In this document: positions 52,201 to 64,000 of the stretch, one piece after another
Layout of the letters: every line of letters starts with the position of its first letter
Numbering within the stretch: position 1 is the stretch's first letter
Source: Pecten maximus
Lineage: Eukaryota
Length of the DNA stretch: 64,000 nt
NCBI RefSeq assembly: GCF_902652985.1
Contig: NC_047025.1
Coordinates: 17,298,001-17,362,000 of the forward strand
Direction of reading: 5' to 3'
Notes under the pieces: generated by a model
Told to the model about the DNA's origin: nothing
Seen by the model: the letters and a program-made list of their open reading frames with translations, nothing else
Databases searched by the model: none
Translations under genes and position numbers: made by a program

Positions 52201-55200
52201 TTCAGAACATTATGTCTTGTGTATCACAGTAGGTTATTTTAGTTATGTTACCTGAAAATGTCTGTTGTACATAAATCCTGCACTCCTACACAAAGAGTTT
52301 GGTGTTGATACTATGGTGTAGATATGAACCACATTTGTTGAGGGGATCTCAAGATATGACATGGTTTCAGAAGAAGAAAGGACACATTGTGTCCAAAGCA
52401 GAAAGGGTAAAATGTGACCTTTGACCTTTTAACCTTGACCACCAGAATGTAGTTAAGTGTAGAATTTAATAATATGATGTAAATCTATTCAGACCTTCTC
52501 AAGATATGTCAGTGATTCAGAACAGGACTGATACAGTCAACACTATATGCCTCACCATAAATGGTAGTGCTCAATAAAGCCAATAGCATGTTGATATCCC
52601 ACTTATCACCACACCAAGGACCCAATTATGAACATGGTTGTTTATATATATTAGTATTATTTACCTTGTTTTTCAGTGTTGTTTTTGTTAAGTTCTGGAC
52701 TGGAAGCTACTTTACTTCTGGCTGGTGTTCGTCTAGGTGTTCTAGCAGGTGTACTTTGTTTTGCTGGTGTCTTCTTAGTATCTGTTAAAATTTGTAATAT
52801 AATAAAGATTTGATATTTTACTAAGAATGAATATTAAGATGGACATCATACTCTCTCCCTCCATATCCATTTTAATTAAATCTTTGTGTCAATATATATA
52901 CATTACACGTGACTTTTGATCTATGTAATTGTATTTCTTAATTTCAGGAGAAGTCGCATGTTTAAACTAATGGATTTCATTGTAATAGAGTGTATGCTTG
53001 TATGCATTTTTGATTGAATTTTGTCACAATTTAGTTTCGAGATAAAATGACATAAAGAATACACAGAGCTTGAGTCTCTCGGGTAATACAGAATGAAATT
53101 ATGTAAATAAAAATCTATCCACTTTTCTTTAAATTTCCGAATTAAAAAGCTTTTATCTGATTTTTCTCTCTCTCAAAATATATATTTATGTCTACATATA
53201 TACATACACTTACATTGCTATGTCTCAAGATGAAGCTAAATGTCTGTAATTACTTTAATATTTACATAATCAATCACGTATTGAATTAAGATTTGAATCA
53301 TCTTATGAGTGGTTAAGTGGCATGCTATTAGTCTCCAACTCATTAAACACATTTTGATATAATTATAAAGGCTATCAAGTTTCAAACAAATCAATAGAAA
53401 TCGAGATTTCTGGACAAGTTTCAAGTGCTAGAAATAAACAAGGACAATAACTTTGCAATAGTCAAATCAAAATACCTTTCAGGAGAACACAACTACATAT
53501 CATTATAATAATGCATACCAAGTTTCTGGATATAACCATGTAATGCATATTACATGATCAATATATCAATTCATTGGACTTGAACACCTAAAGCCACAAT
53601 TATATAGTAAAGTTCCTACACTGTAGAGTTCCAGATACTTCATTTCATTTGATATTGGCTATTAGCAGTAGTATAAAGTAGTTTTACCTGATGCCTCAGG
53701 CAGTCCCTTATCATTGACAGGTGTTGAAGCAAATGATCGGGTCAATCTTCTGGTTTCAGCAGGTGAGGAAGCAGCTTTTTCAGTGTCCTCATCATCAGCA
53801 TCCTCCATCACATCAACACCATTACAGACATTATAGTCTTCATCTTCGTCTAAATATTCTTCCTCTATACCACCAATAGAGGGAGCATCTATAAAGGAAA
53901 GTTAACAAAACAAAATAAATCTCTTAATATGTTCACTTTCAAAGTTATGCTAATTTCAAAGTCCCACAGAAAACATAAAAAAAAAAAAACTATTTGAGCA
54001 AAATGCACGATCATTTTTTTAAACAAAGTTGATATTGTGATTTTCTGTCTGAAAACAAAAACTGTTTAAACAAAAGTTGTTTATAATAAGCAAATCAAGG
54101 TGTAGTTTTTCATAAGGTATATACCAAATTTTGAAATTTTGATGTTTATATATAGGGTGCACTCATCATCGATCAATTGTAAAATCTCACAAAATTGAGT
54201 CTTGACATTCTGAGGGAGTTCCCACCCTGTATAAATCTAGTATACTAGGGTACATACCCTGCTACCAAGAACAGCTGACAAAAGCCACACAAAAAATAAC
54301 ATTTCCGTAGTTTGAGGGCAGTGAATTATATGGAAATTATTTTCTCTTAGGTGTTAAAGAGTTTTCTCATAGTTGACACAGTATGCTTGCTTTTGCACAT
54401 GTGCAAATCAGGTAGATTGGAGTACATGGTCATTCAGCAAGGTAGGGTAGACCAGCGAATACACACAATTATTTTTATATAAAAAAATGACATATACTTG
54501 TAACTAAAAGTAGGCTAGCGAAGTATTATACAAATCCGTCTGATTTTTAAGGTTAAGTGGTTGTTAGCTGATGATTATTGTAGTCATGGGAGGAAGTTTG
54601 TTTTGTGTAGTGATGTGAAATAGAGTGAGAGGTGGTATATATGTGTATGATTATGAGGAATATGGACCAGTGGTCTAGGGGAAGGAGTCATGTTGTAACA
54701 TCATGCAGTCAACTTAATCAAAATTTTGGCCTGAAAAGAAATTCTTTGAAAGCAGTTGAAAACAAATAGGCTTATTTCTATAAAGTTGATTCTCAAGAAA
54801 GCACCAATTCAGATGTTGGATCATGATCATGTCACCAACACTAGTATTGTGTGGGGGTCTAAACTGATCAGGCATGTGTATACTGGTCTAAATAACCAGA
54901 GTTCATGTGCCTGCTACTTTCTCTGATGTTGAACTGACACAGGGCTTGATAATGGGGTCACTTCTTTGCCAATGACATGTTTTAATATGTAAATTCTGCC
55001 AAGTTGTACAATTACGCAGATGACAATACTGTAAGCAGCTCCAATACAGATCCTCTAGCTCTTAAGGCAAATTTGGAGTCTAACTGTAACAATTTAATCA
55101 AATGAATTAAGGATAACCACATGGAAGCCAATCTAGAAAATATTTCAGTCAATCTGCATTGAAAAAAATACTAGGGAAGCTATAAACTCTTTTTCAATAG

Positions 55201-58200
55201 ATAATGTTACTATTTAGCCTGACTATATATGTTGTGAAGCTTCTTGCAATTGGTGTCCATTTTGATTCAATGCTAAATTTTGACTTTCACATTTTGTATG
55301 TAGTAAGGCATCAAGACAATAAGCAGTTCTTAAATGCATTGTGATCTTTTATTATATCAAATTTTAATTATTGTCCTCTTGTATGGCATTTCACCAGTAT
55401 GAAAAATGCAAGGAAAATTGAGTGCATACAAGAACGAGCATTAATGTCTTGATTTATGATCTATGATTTTTATTTTCCAGGACCATGTCTTCTTATAACC
55501 ATCTTTTAACATTATCTGGTAGCAACCTTCGACATGTTAAAAGGTTGTGAAGTTTTTAGAATTGTTAAAAACATGTCTCCAGAACAAATGAATGTTATTG
55601 TGACTTTGAGACTGTCTTCTTCAGGCAGGAAAGGAAAGCAGATGTGATGAGGACAAACACTAAAGTATGGTCACAGTACTAGTTCTTTTGCTTTTGAGGC
55701 CTCTCGGGTCTGGAATAAACAATGGAAATTACAGAACTTCTGGGAATTCAAGAGGCTGATCTACAACTGGGATGGCCTAATGTGCTCAAACTGCAGCTCT
55801 ATCCATTTGTCATGTCGTCTATAATGTTGTAATGCTTGTCTTCTGTCTGTTATGCTTACTTTTACGTTTTCATTCGTAGTGCTGTAGCATCTATGTCCTA
55901 TATGTGCATGTACTACTTGCTGTTTTGTGCTTAATGTATTTCATTTTGTAACTGCTTTGACGTGTTAAATGTGTTATGCACTGCTAGCTTTATATGCATT
56001 TAATGTGCTTTGTCCCCCACCTTTAGTTTTGTTCTATTTAAGCACTACCATTCACATGCACCATTATATTTCTGATTTGACCATCAATTTATCTATCTTG
56101 ATTATGATTTAAAATTTTATACTTCTGCCTAGCTGATGATTAATTTTAAACGACACTATATTCGTGTATATTCTGACAAATTTTACTTTTTGCTACACTT
56201 GCCTAGTGCTTTAATTATCATATTAACCATGTGCTTGTGTAACAGGAGAGAGATGGGCCCAGTTTGTAGTGTACAAACCGCACCTGCCTCACTACCTTAT
56301 ATTGTTGGGTTTGCTCGTCAGTGCTGGTGAAGGAGACTCGTCCTCAAGTAATTATAACAGTTAACAAAATTTATTTACATTAGAATAACAAGTGGACTAT
56401 ACAATAACATGATGAGCCAAACGTTTACAACATACATAACACCCTACCCTAGGCCTGACATTCCTAAATTAACTACAACCTCTACATCCTATGAACTATC
56501 TCAACCCTGATCCCGTCTAATGCACCCCGCTACCACTAACAAGACCTACTTCTAAGTGTGGCTCAATCAGGAACTCAATCCTTCCAAAATGCCTGTCGTA
56601 AATTGTTTTGTTTTGTTGCAGGATTAAAGTCTAGATTTAGGTTATAACCTTAGGTTAGTACCATTAGTCTGGGTCGACTGTTAGATGTTGTCAGTCGGTG
56701 ATCCCCTCCTCCTTTCTCAACATGGGCTTGAGACTGGCTGGGGAAACCACAGTGACAATGCACAAACGACCGACCAATCAAACACAGTTTGTTCTGTACA
56801 TTAATGACCTACCAGAAGCCATCGATGCCACCGCCCTATTGTTTGCCGACGATACAAAATTGTATAAAGACACCAGGGTACAGGGTGATCTTCAGCGGGA
56901 TCTGGACAATTTACAAAATTGGTCGGATACATGGCTGCTAAAATTCCACCCTAACAAATGCAAAACTATGTATTTGGGAAAGAAGTCTAATAGTTCCAAA
57001 AAATTTCATTTAAATCAGGATGTAGATGGTATGAGAACAACAATTACGTTATCAGAAGAAATAGAAGAGAAAGACCTTGGAATAATTGTCGATAACAAAT
57101 TAAACTTTAGAAATCATTTACAAGCAGCCGTAAACAAAGCGAATCGAATACTTGGAGCCATCAGGAGAGCATACACCTACTTGGATAATAAATCGTTCTG
57201 CTTACTGTATAAAGCTTTAGTTCGACCCCATTTAGAGTATGGAGCATGCATGCCATATGGAAACCATATAAAAAACAGGACATTGATCTGCTTGAAAGCA
57301 TTCAACGGCGAGCTACGAAACTTCTACCAGGAATGAAGGATTTTCCGTACGAAGAACGACTGCATTGCCTTAAACTCCCGTTGTTACTATATAGACGAAA
57401 AAGAGGCGCCATGATTGAAGTTTTTAAAATTTTGAGAGGAGGCTATGAGACAACAGCATCACACAGACTTCTGCCAATTAAGAAAGAGAGAAGGACCCGG
57501 GGACATTCACTCAGCCTTGATAAAACACGAAGCAGGTTGGACATGAGGAAGTATTCGTTCACTCAAAGAATTGTAGACAGTTGGAACTCTTTACCAGAAA
57601 ATGTAGTTGAAGCACCAAATAAATTTGTCAGTTTCGAAAACCGTTTAAGACAAATTTTGGAGTAACGTCACAACATAAACACTCTTATATATATGTATAT
57701 ATATATATTAGATATTGTATAAACTATGATCTGAATAGAGAAGCAATTATCATGCCTGCGTTCAGAATAAACTAAGTTAGTATACTCATGACATAGGGAC
57801 TTGCATTGAATGCATATAACTGGTACATGTGGCCAAACACACAACAGGCACTCTTACCTAACTAGCACAGGAACTGGATATCACACATAACTGACTTTTG
57901 CCAAACACATTAACATAGAACACAAAATGTACAATAATTACAAACATCGGCCCACTACAATAACGTTAGTGTTCATTCTTATCTGATAATATTCTTACCC
58001 TATATGCTCTCTGTGATAGAGAAACTATCCCATTTTTCATGATTTTATATACTGTTGTTAGCCATGTATACAATTACATTTCTTTGTCGCGATAATATCT
58101 CTCATGATGAGCTAATGTTATTTTTATCATATAAGCTATATCTATTCGACGTCAAATAAAGGATAGTGTATAGACCTGGTATAACTTTTGTAAAGTATTG

Positions 58201-58493
58201 GTGCTGCGATATATTTATGTTGATGTTTGTATATATGTTTAAATGTGTGTTTGTTGAAGAAATAAAGCTCTTTCGAGTTGGTGTTACTCTGTTGTATATA
58301 TTCGAAATAAAAATTAAGTTACTTATATCTTGTAAACTCTACTGCACCGCAGTACATGAGTAGGGGGGGTTTGTACCGCGCACTTACCAAACCAGTCATC
58401 TGGATTATCTGGATCTTCGAGTGGATTCGTGGAAAAATCTACATATTGTGGTGCAACATATTCCCAATCATAATCTCCTTCCACGCTCCCCAT
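40247..58493 (-). CDS. TPX2: Targeting protein for Xklp2 (microtubule nucleation / Aurora-A activator), ~886 aa; one extra base in exon 8 as assembled
   Basis: Exons 58493-58388, 53888-53688, 52781-52665, 51559-51406, 50387-50001, 49764-49455, 48216-48015, 47050-46905, 45169-44962, 44358-44257, 43839-43666, 43466-43320, 41294-41183 and 40542-40247. The N-terminus WEYVAPQYVDF...DDWF resembles the Aurora-A-binding segment. Also present: FKAHP, FHAKP, TIPKSPAF, FQA and the C-terminal FELNTDKR...VTVPMSP. Confidence 0.93.
40660..40995. repeat. 66-bp repeat x5 in the last TPX2 intron
   Basis: GTCAGTATTACATACAGGATTATACTTCACAAGGAGAGATGTCAGCTTGTTATCCTATGACCTGTA. Confidence 0.92.
41750..43227. repeat. 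28-bp minisatellite (CACAAGGACAAAGTGATATATCAATGGA), about 50 copies, TPX2 intron
   Basis: Visible array. Confidence 0.97.
45606..46603. mobile_element. ~1-kb non-autonomous Tc1/mariner (pogo/Tigger-like) element
   Basis: TIRs CAGTCAAACTTTGATGTTTCGAAGTT / reverse complement CAGTCAAACCTCGATGATTCGAACTT, flanked by TA on both sides. No transposase ORF. Confidence 0.8.
48350..48935 (+). mobile_element. Helentron-associated (HINE/DINE-1-like) non-autonomous element
   Basis: Internal subrepeats (GAAAGATCCATGAAGA..TTTC, CTGTCAAAAT), a (GACG/GACA)n microsatellite and a 3' hairpin CCACCAT-N-ATGGTGG. Similar fragments occur at 5900-6530. Confidence 0.5.
50548..51417. repeat. 55-57 bp minisatellite derived from the TPX2 exon 4 donor junction, about 15 copies
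   Basis: On the minus strand each unit contains AACAAATGG|GTAGGC, identical to the real exon end at 51406. Confidence 0.95.
54975..55790 (+). mobile_element. Highly degenerate CR1/L2-group LINE RT fragment
   Basis: Broken motifs LYNYADDNT (about 55005-55030), YCPLVWHF and QERAL, with many stops and indels. Confidence 0.6.
56785..57780 (+). mobile_element. 5'-truncated CR1-clade LINE (RT C-terminus plus 3'UTR), antisense within TPX2 intron 1
   Basis: FVLYINDLP, LLFADDTKLY, LQRDLDNLQNWS, KFHPNKCK, EKDLG, VRPHLEY, QRRATK, TRGH and WNSLP. Frameshift near 57244-57255 (GCATGCATGC). Confidence 0.9.
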
Positions 58494-58574
58494 GATATAA
58501 GATTTCAATTACATATAATCGAGAAAAAAAATGAAAAATAACAGTGATGTTTAGGTCCGAATTTGATCTTGCCG

Positions 58575-58642
58575 CACTTCAAAAATTGACCAATCACAAT
58601 CATTTTAAAGGGGAACAAAACTGGAAGGATTTTGATTGGCTG
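58575..58642 (-). promoter_or_regulatory. TPX2 promoter: CHR element plus two CCAAT boxes (G2/M-type)
   Basis: TTTGAA on the minus strand at 58583-58578, CCAAT at 58590-58594 and ATTGG at 58635-58639, 85-145 bp upstream of the ATG. Confidence 0.55.
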
Positions 58643-59519
58643 ATTTATTGAATTTTGTTTAAGCTTGAAATGTGTTTTCTATTTAAATGTTATAGATTTA
58701 ATATATTTTCTTATATCATTAAGAAAATAAGTCTTGCTATTGGAAAATTGACCTATTTCATTGTAAATTGAGTAATAATAAGCATAATATTTATTTTAAC
58801 ACTTCCGGTTTATCATCAACGTCTTGTTAACGTTTGCAGTCAAACGTAATGTAATAAACATTTAAATGACACTGAATCATTGTATATCCAACGTAAAAAG
58901 CAAAACGGGCAAGCAGAAGTCGGAGGTCTAAAGTCGTTCCCTATATTCCACTTTTTATCGGTTTGTAATAATATTTAACGTAAGAAGTGCATATTTCCTA
59001 TCAACATTCAAATGGTTATAGATATAAAAGATCATACCATCTGACATCGAAAAATGTTCACGAAAGAATCAGAAATATCTTCCATCATACACTGTACTGT
59101 CAATATTTCAACTTCCAAAGAATACCTACTTCATCGTGTTAAAGATTTTGTCAGTATGTAGTGTATTACATCTCCATACTATGTTAGGCGGTACGGAGTT
59201 ACAAGGTAATTACACTACTCTGGTTTGTAGAGATGTAATTGATAAGTGTATGGGAATTACGGCCTTTGGGGCCCCACTTATTTTGACTAATCAGCTGCTC
59301 GTTGTAGAATATTCCGGAACAATATCTGAATCAGCTGCTGTTTAAGCGGAAACAACATTTTACACTTTTAAATAATAGTTAACTTGCCGGTTAACTCGTA
59401 CCTATTCAAACCATACCCAAAGCAACCTGTAGTCTGTACACAAATTTTCTCTCTTCATTTATATTTAATAATTACACCTAGGTACTATGGGGTACCATTT
59501 TAGTATTTATCTACAAAAT

Positions 59520-61680
59520 GAGATATCATTAATTTAAATAAATGATATCAATAAATGAATTAATGAAAGCCATAATTCGAATTAATGAAATCAATGAATA
59601 TTTAATGATATCATAATCAAAAAATATTTTATGATATCTATAATTCAAATTGATGATATCTATAATTTGAATTATTGATACCATTAAAAACCTCTTATTT
59701 ATTGATATCATTAATTCATTTATTGATATCATTACGGTAAACCTCCGGTCAGTTCGAACAAAATTAAATAAATATTGACGAACCTGTTCGAATTATTCGA
59801 AATTATGCTTCAGAAAATAAGCACGAATGCGAACTATCCAAGTCGTTATCGACGGAAATCTTGACAGAGTAAAATCATTAGACTAAAACACATCCATTGT
59901 AAATACGTAACAACAGCGGCCTGAACAATGGCATATTTATAAGTAAGTAAAATGATAGTATTTTATTTAATTCAATGTTAATTGGTCGTTAAACGTTCTT
60001 CATTTCGCGATAATTATGATGGTTCGGGCTCGGGCAATGCGTAGCTATAGGCCCCAAAACAGTACAGTACACGTTTCATTTGTGACACAGAAGTTAAACA
60101 TTTGTAAGGTATAATCTTCGCCTGGTAATATTTTTTATCTGAATCGGAAACTATCGCTATATTATTGTAATAAAGGGTCTCTTTTATACATCAAAAGCAG
60201 TCTACATAACCTGTTACGTTTACGAAAGCACTACAGTACTGTAAAAATAGGTGATACATCAACATGTCTGCTTTTAAATATGCCCAGTCGTATTATCTAC
60301 CAAACATATTTGATACCAGCAAAATTATCCATCACTAATTGGGACACTTGTGGATTGTTGTGACTAGATATTTTCAACTTTACCGCAAGCGACACCTCGC
60401 GTAGCCTGCAGGTTTTCAGGTAATACCTTGATTGGCAATACTTAAGAGATGTCTAGTCACAATTAAGTAATCATAATGCTAAGTTAACACTAGTTATATT
60501 TGAAAATACATTCTAATTATCATGCATACAATCTAATAACCTGAACGTGTTTGCTGGTCAAATTTAAGTCTTGGCATTTTTTCTGGGCCGGTCGTCGGTG
60601 TCGTCACGAGCTTTCAATGGAGTTTGCCGGAAAAAAATCTTACTTTACGTTCTTTATTTGACAAGTTCAAACTATCAGAAATAGTGTCATTTATAAACAA
60701 CAAGAGTTTGAACTATTACTAGCTAAAAAAATATTGTTTTTCTAGAAAAAAATGTGTGTTCGAACTGTCCGCGTGTTTGAACTAATTGGAGGTTTACTGT
60801 AATTCATTTATTGATATCATTAATTCATTTCTTGATATCATTAATTCATTTATTGATATTAATAATTCGAAAAAATGATAAATGAAATCAATAAATAGAA
60901 ATATTTATTTGATATCAATAATTTGAATTAATGATATCCTAAATTCCCCATTATTTTTTGGGGAAAATGACTACTTCTATGTCCAGAATAGTGGTTCTCG
61001 TTCTCTGGAATGTCATGTGGCATTTTTTTTTTAAATATTGTATTATTTATAGGTAAAAAAAATATTATTTATTTTATCTTGTTAAATGATAATTGATCTT
61101 AAAGAGGGTAAATGATGGATATTAAGTGCAGCGCTACATTCGGAACGGCAGGAAGATACGCATTGTACCAGCTGAAATGGAGGCGATGGTCTCTACTGCA
61201 CTTGGTGCAATTGAGAGAGAACTTTGGAAATTTGATTACAGTCCACAGCATCGTTGTCAAAACAACATTGCCCCTGAATAATCTTTTGTCTGATATCATG
61301 CAGCAATTGCTGTCTATCGTCCATCTTGGTTTTAAGTGTAATCCTGCACAAAATGGGAGAATAATTATTTACTGTGGCTCCAAATAAAGGATATTGAGTA
61401 TCAGTAATCTCCAATTGATGATATCAATAATTCTATATATTTAATGATATCAATGAATGGATTTATTGATATCAATAATTTGAAATAGTGATATCACTAA
61501 TTATAAATGAATTAATGATATCACTAATTTGAATTAGTGATATCACTTATTCAATTTATTGACATTAATATTGATATCATTATTTCCCTGAATAAGTGAT
61601 ATCATTAATTTGAATTATTGATATCATTCATTTGAATTCGTGATATCATGAATTCATTTTAGTGATATCATTAATTCACT
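59520..61680. repeat. Interrupted array of ~19-21 bp GATATC-core repeats (TGATATCATTAATTCATTTAT)
   Basis: Blocks at 59520-59734, 60800-60945 and 61415-61680. Confidence 0.8.
59735..60799. mobile_element. ~1.06-kb pogo/Tigger-like MITE inserted in the GATATC array
   Basis: TIRs CGGTAAACCTCCGGTCAGTTCGAACA / reverse complement CAGTAAACCTCCAATTAGTTCAAACA, with a TA TSD splitting a GATATCAT(TA)ATTC unit. Confidence 0.8.
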
Positions 61681-61908
61681 TGAACTTGATACTTTGGGCA
61701 TGGGTTCACCTATGTGGAGCAATGTGTCGTGTGTCAAACTCATGTCATTCTGGAACTACAAATTGTGAAATACAAAGTTGTGCAGCAAAGTTGAGACTAC
61801 TTGGTAACTAGAGCTGTTGGGACTTTTGATCACTAACATACCTTGGGTATCCCTGTACTTATTGTATTTCAGTGGCATTGCCTTTCTTCCTTTTTTTTCT
61901 CAGATAAA

Positions 61909-63313
61909 ATGACATTGGACAAGATTGACGTGAAAAATGGACAGAAAGTGCTGTTTTTATGGTCAGGAAGCCAGCCACCCGAAAGCTTCAAAAATGTCAT
62001 TGAATCGCTTAACAAACTTGTAGGTGATTCTGGCAAAATACAACCAGAGCATATTGAAAGACTGGCAATGTGTAAGTTGATCAAAGGCATCATTTTGATG
62101 CTGTTTTTCTTTCCCACAAAAAATTCATTGACTTTCACAATTCTCATCACAACTACAAAATGTAATCTGAAATTTTTCATATCCTGTTTCAGCATCTCAT
62201 CCCGACTCCACATTTGATGTTGTGGTGTCAGGATTACTACAGCCATCTAGTGCTCTGCATAACACTGACTGTCTTGGAGAGATCTGTCGCATCCTTAAAC
62301 CAAAAGGGACATTCTTTATTTTTGAACCGACTGTATCATCAGAAATAACAGATTCTAAAGTTAGAACAACAGAAAAACTATCATCTGCCTTAAAACTGTC
62401 CGGATTTGTTAATATATCTGAGGTAACAACTTAAACAATGTTCTTGTTCCATCTAGTGTCATTTCATATTTATTGTTGACCAAATACGTAAGGTGTAGCA
62501 GTTATATGTGAAAAGGGTATTTGATAAGCAGTGGTCACTGCCATATTGAATTTGCAGATTTACTTCACCAGTAGGACTGTGATAATAAATCTAATTTGAA
62601 AATAGCATTTACACAGGGCTTTCAGTGTGTCATTGGCTTTTAGCAATTTCAGAAATCAAATCACTATTTCTCAGAGATCTGAAGGATCATAACATACACT
62701 GAATTAATACCAAGAGTCAGTCTATTTTGGGGAGTAAAATACATACTCCCAAGGGTTTACTGGATGCCCTGTCTGTACAATGTAGGCCAATCTGGTATTT
62801 CATGTTATTAAACTATAAATGTGTACAGATAAGAATTTGGAGTTTGGCAAAATGAGTTTGACACATCTTTTAAAAAATGCTATACATAATATGGCAAATG
62901 CAGTATATGTGTTCAGTAGACATTGTCTGCAAGTGTAAAAATATCTAGACATTGACTGCAAGAGTAAAAATATTTTCTTTCAATTACAGTAATTGGTACT
63001 GATGAGCATGTTTAAAACAGCTTAGGAACCAATATTGTTTTACCTTCTAGATCCCAATTCAAATATTGTTAAAACGTCAAATTGAATTGATGCTTGTGTT
63101 TCAATATATTATTACAACTAACCCAAACTTTATAATTCTGAATGTGTTGTCTTTTCCAGCCTGTTACTTCAGATTTGACAAATGAAGACAAACAGGGGTT
63201 GCAGTCAAGCTTACAGTTATCAGATGTTGCCATCTCACACTGTGTGTGTTTCAAGCCTGGATATGAAGTTGGTTCCTCCTCTCAGCTTAAAATTTCTTTT
63301 GGAAAAAAGAAAG
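61909..63313 (+). CDS. CIAPIN1: Anamorsin (Fe-S cluster assembly protein Dre2 homolog), 5' partial
   Basis: Exons 61909-62071, 62193-62422 and 63160-63313. Motifs: GQKVLFLW, STFDVVVSG, LGEICRILKPKG, SALKLSGFV and KPGYEVGSSSQLK. The gene continues past the window. Confidence 0.9.
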
Positions 63314-63379
63314 GTAATACATTGCACAACGAAATGTGTTTCAATTCATTTAAACCAAATATTTAGACAAACAACAAGG

Positions 63380-63640
63380 GGAGCTTTGATCTCGGGTAAA
63401 GATCTGAGGTGCTTTGACTTGACATTCACTACCCATACCGGTTTGTGTTTCTTGGGAAACAGGACAGTCAGTGCTGTCGTGGTTGTGTCCTTGGGCAAGA
63501 CACTTTACCCTAATTTAGCTGGATAGCATGCAACGACCTCCCAAATATTGATCAATGTGGTAGTCACCAACTACTTTAAGGAAAATCCACATCAAAAAGA
63601 CCCTGGCTGGTCATGGGGTGAAAAACATAGCAAACAAACT
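63380..63640 (+). mobile_element. CORE-like SINE
   Basis: GTGTCCTTGGGCAAGACACTTTACCCT (CORE-like), with a 3' GACCCTGGCTG and (AAAC)n tail shared with the SINE at 31372-31585. Confidence 0.55.
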
Positions 63641-63902
63641 TAGACAAAGGAATGTTTACAAGGAAGATTGGCAGTATATGAACACTTGTGTTCTTTCAAA
63701 ATTGTGTTATATCCATTACAAGATGAAATAATTATTTAATTGAGAGAAAATAGTATTTTCTATGCTCTGCTATGGTTCAGTTACAAATATGACAAGAGGT
63801 TTTTCATTAAAATGTGACAGATACTTTGTTATATATTATAAAGGTTACATGTAAGGTGAGGAAATAAGCACAGGAGTAGAATTTGATGAGTATCTAATAG
63901 TT

Positions 63903-64000
63903 AGTTTGTTTGCTGGGTTAATCGCCCCAAGAACAGCCAGGTCATTTTTAGGCAGGGTCTCCTTGTAGTAGTTGGTGACTACCTCGCTGAATAACTGTAA
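63903..64000 (-). mobile_element. 3' end of a related SINE
   Basis: TTTGTTTG tail and AACAGCCAGGTCATTT, the reverse complement of the AAATGACC(C)TGGCTG motif. Confidence 0.45.

Overview
AT-rich eukaryotic (metazoan) genomic DNA with spliceosomal introns. The repeat and SINE types suggest a bivalve mollusc (inference). Gene order: (1) an unnamed minus-strand gene for a secreted protein built from ~38-40-aa Cys-rich VWC/FnI-like modules, one per exon, which runs off the left edge; (2-3) two tandem 5-exon flavin-containing monooxygenase (FMO) paralogs on the minus strand; (4) PSMG2 (+, 7 exons); (5) TPX2 (-, 14 exons); (6) the 5' part of CIAPIN1/anamorsin (+), head-to-head with TPX2. Introns and intergenic DNA hold many minisatellites, MITEs, SINEs, CR1-type LINE fragments and a probable LTR with its PBS. 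The most notable pattern is that four intronic minisatellites are amplified copies of the adjacent exon/5' splice-site junction. In the secreted-protein gene this produces a ladder of in-frame alternative donors that could add 10-aa units. Both FMOs and TPX2 each carry a single +1 base insertion, most likely a consensus/assembly artefact. There are no CRISPR arrays, rRNA or bona fide tRNA genes. All exon coordinates were read by hand.
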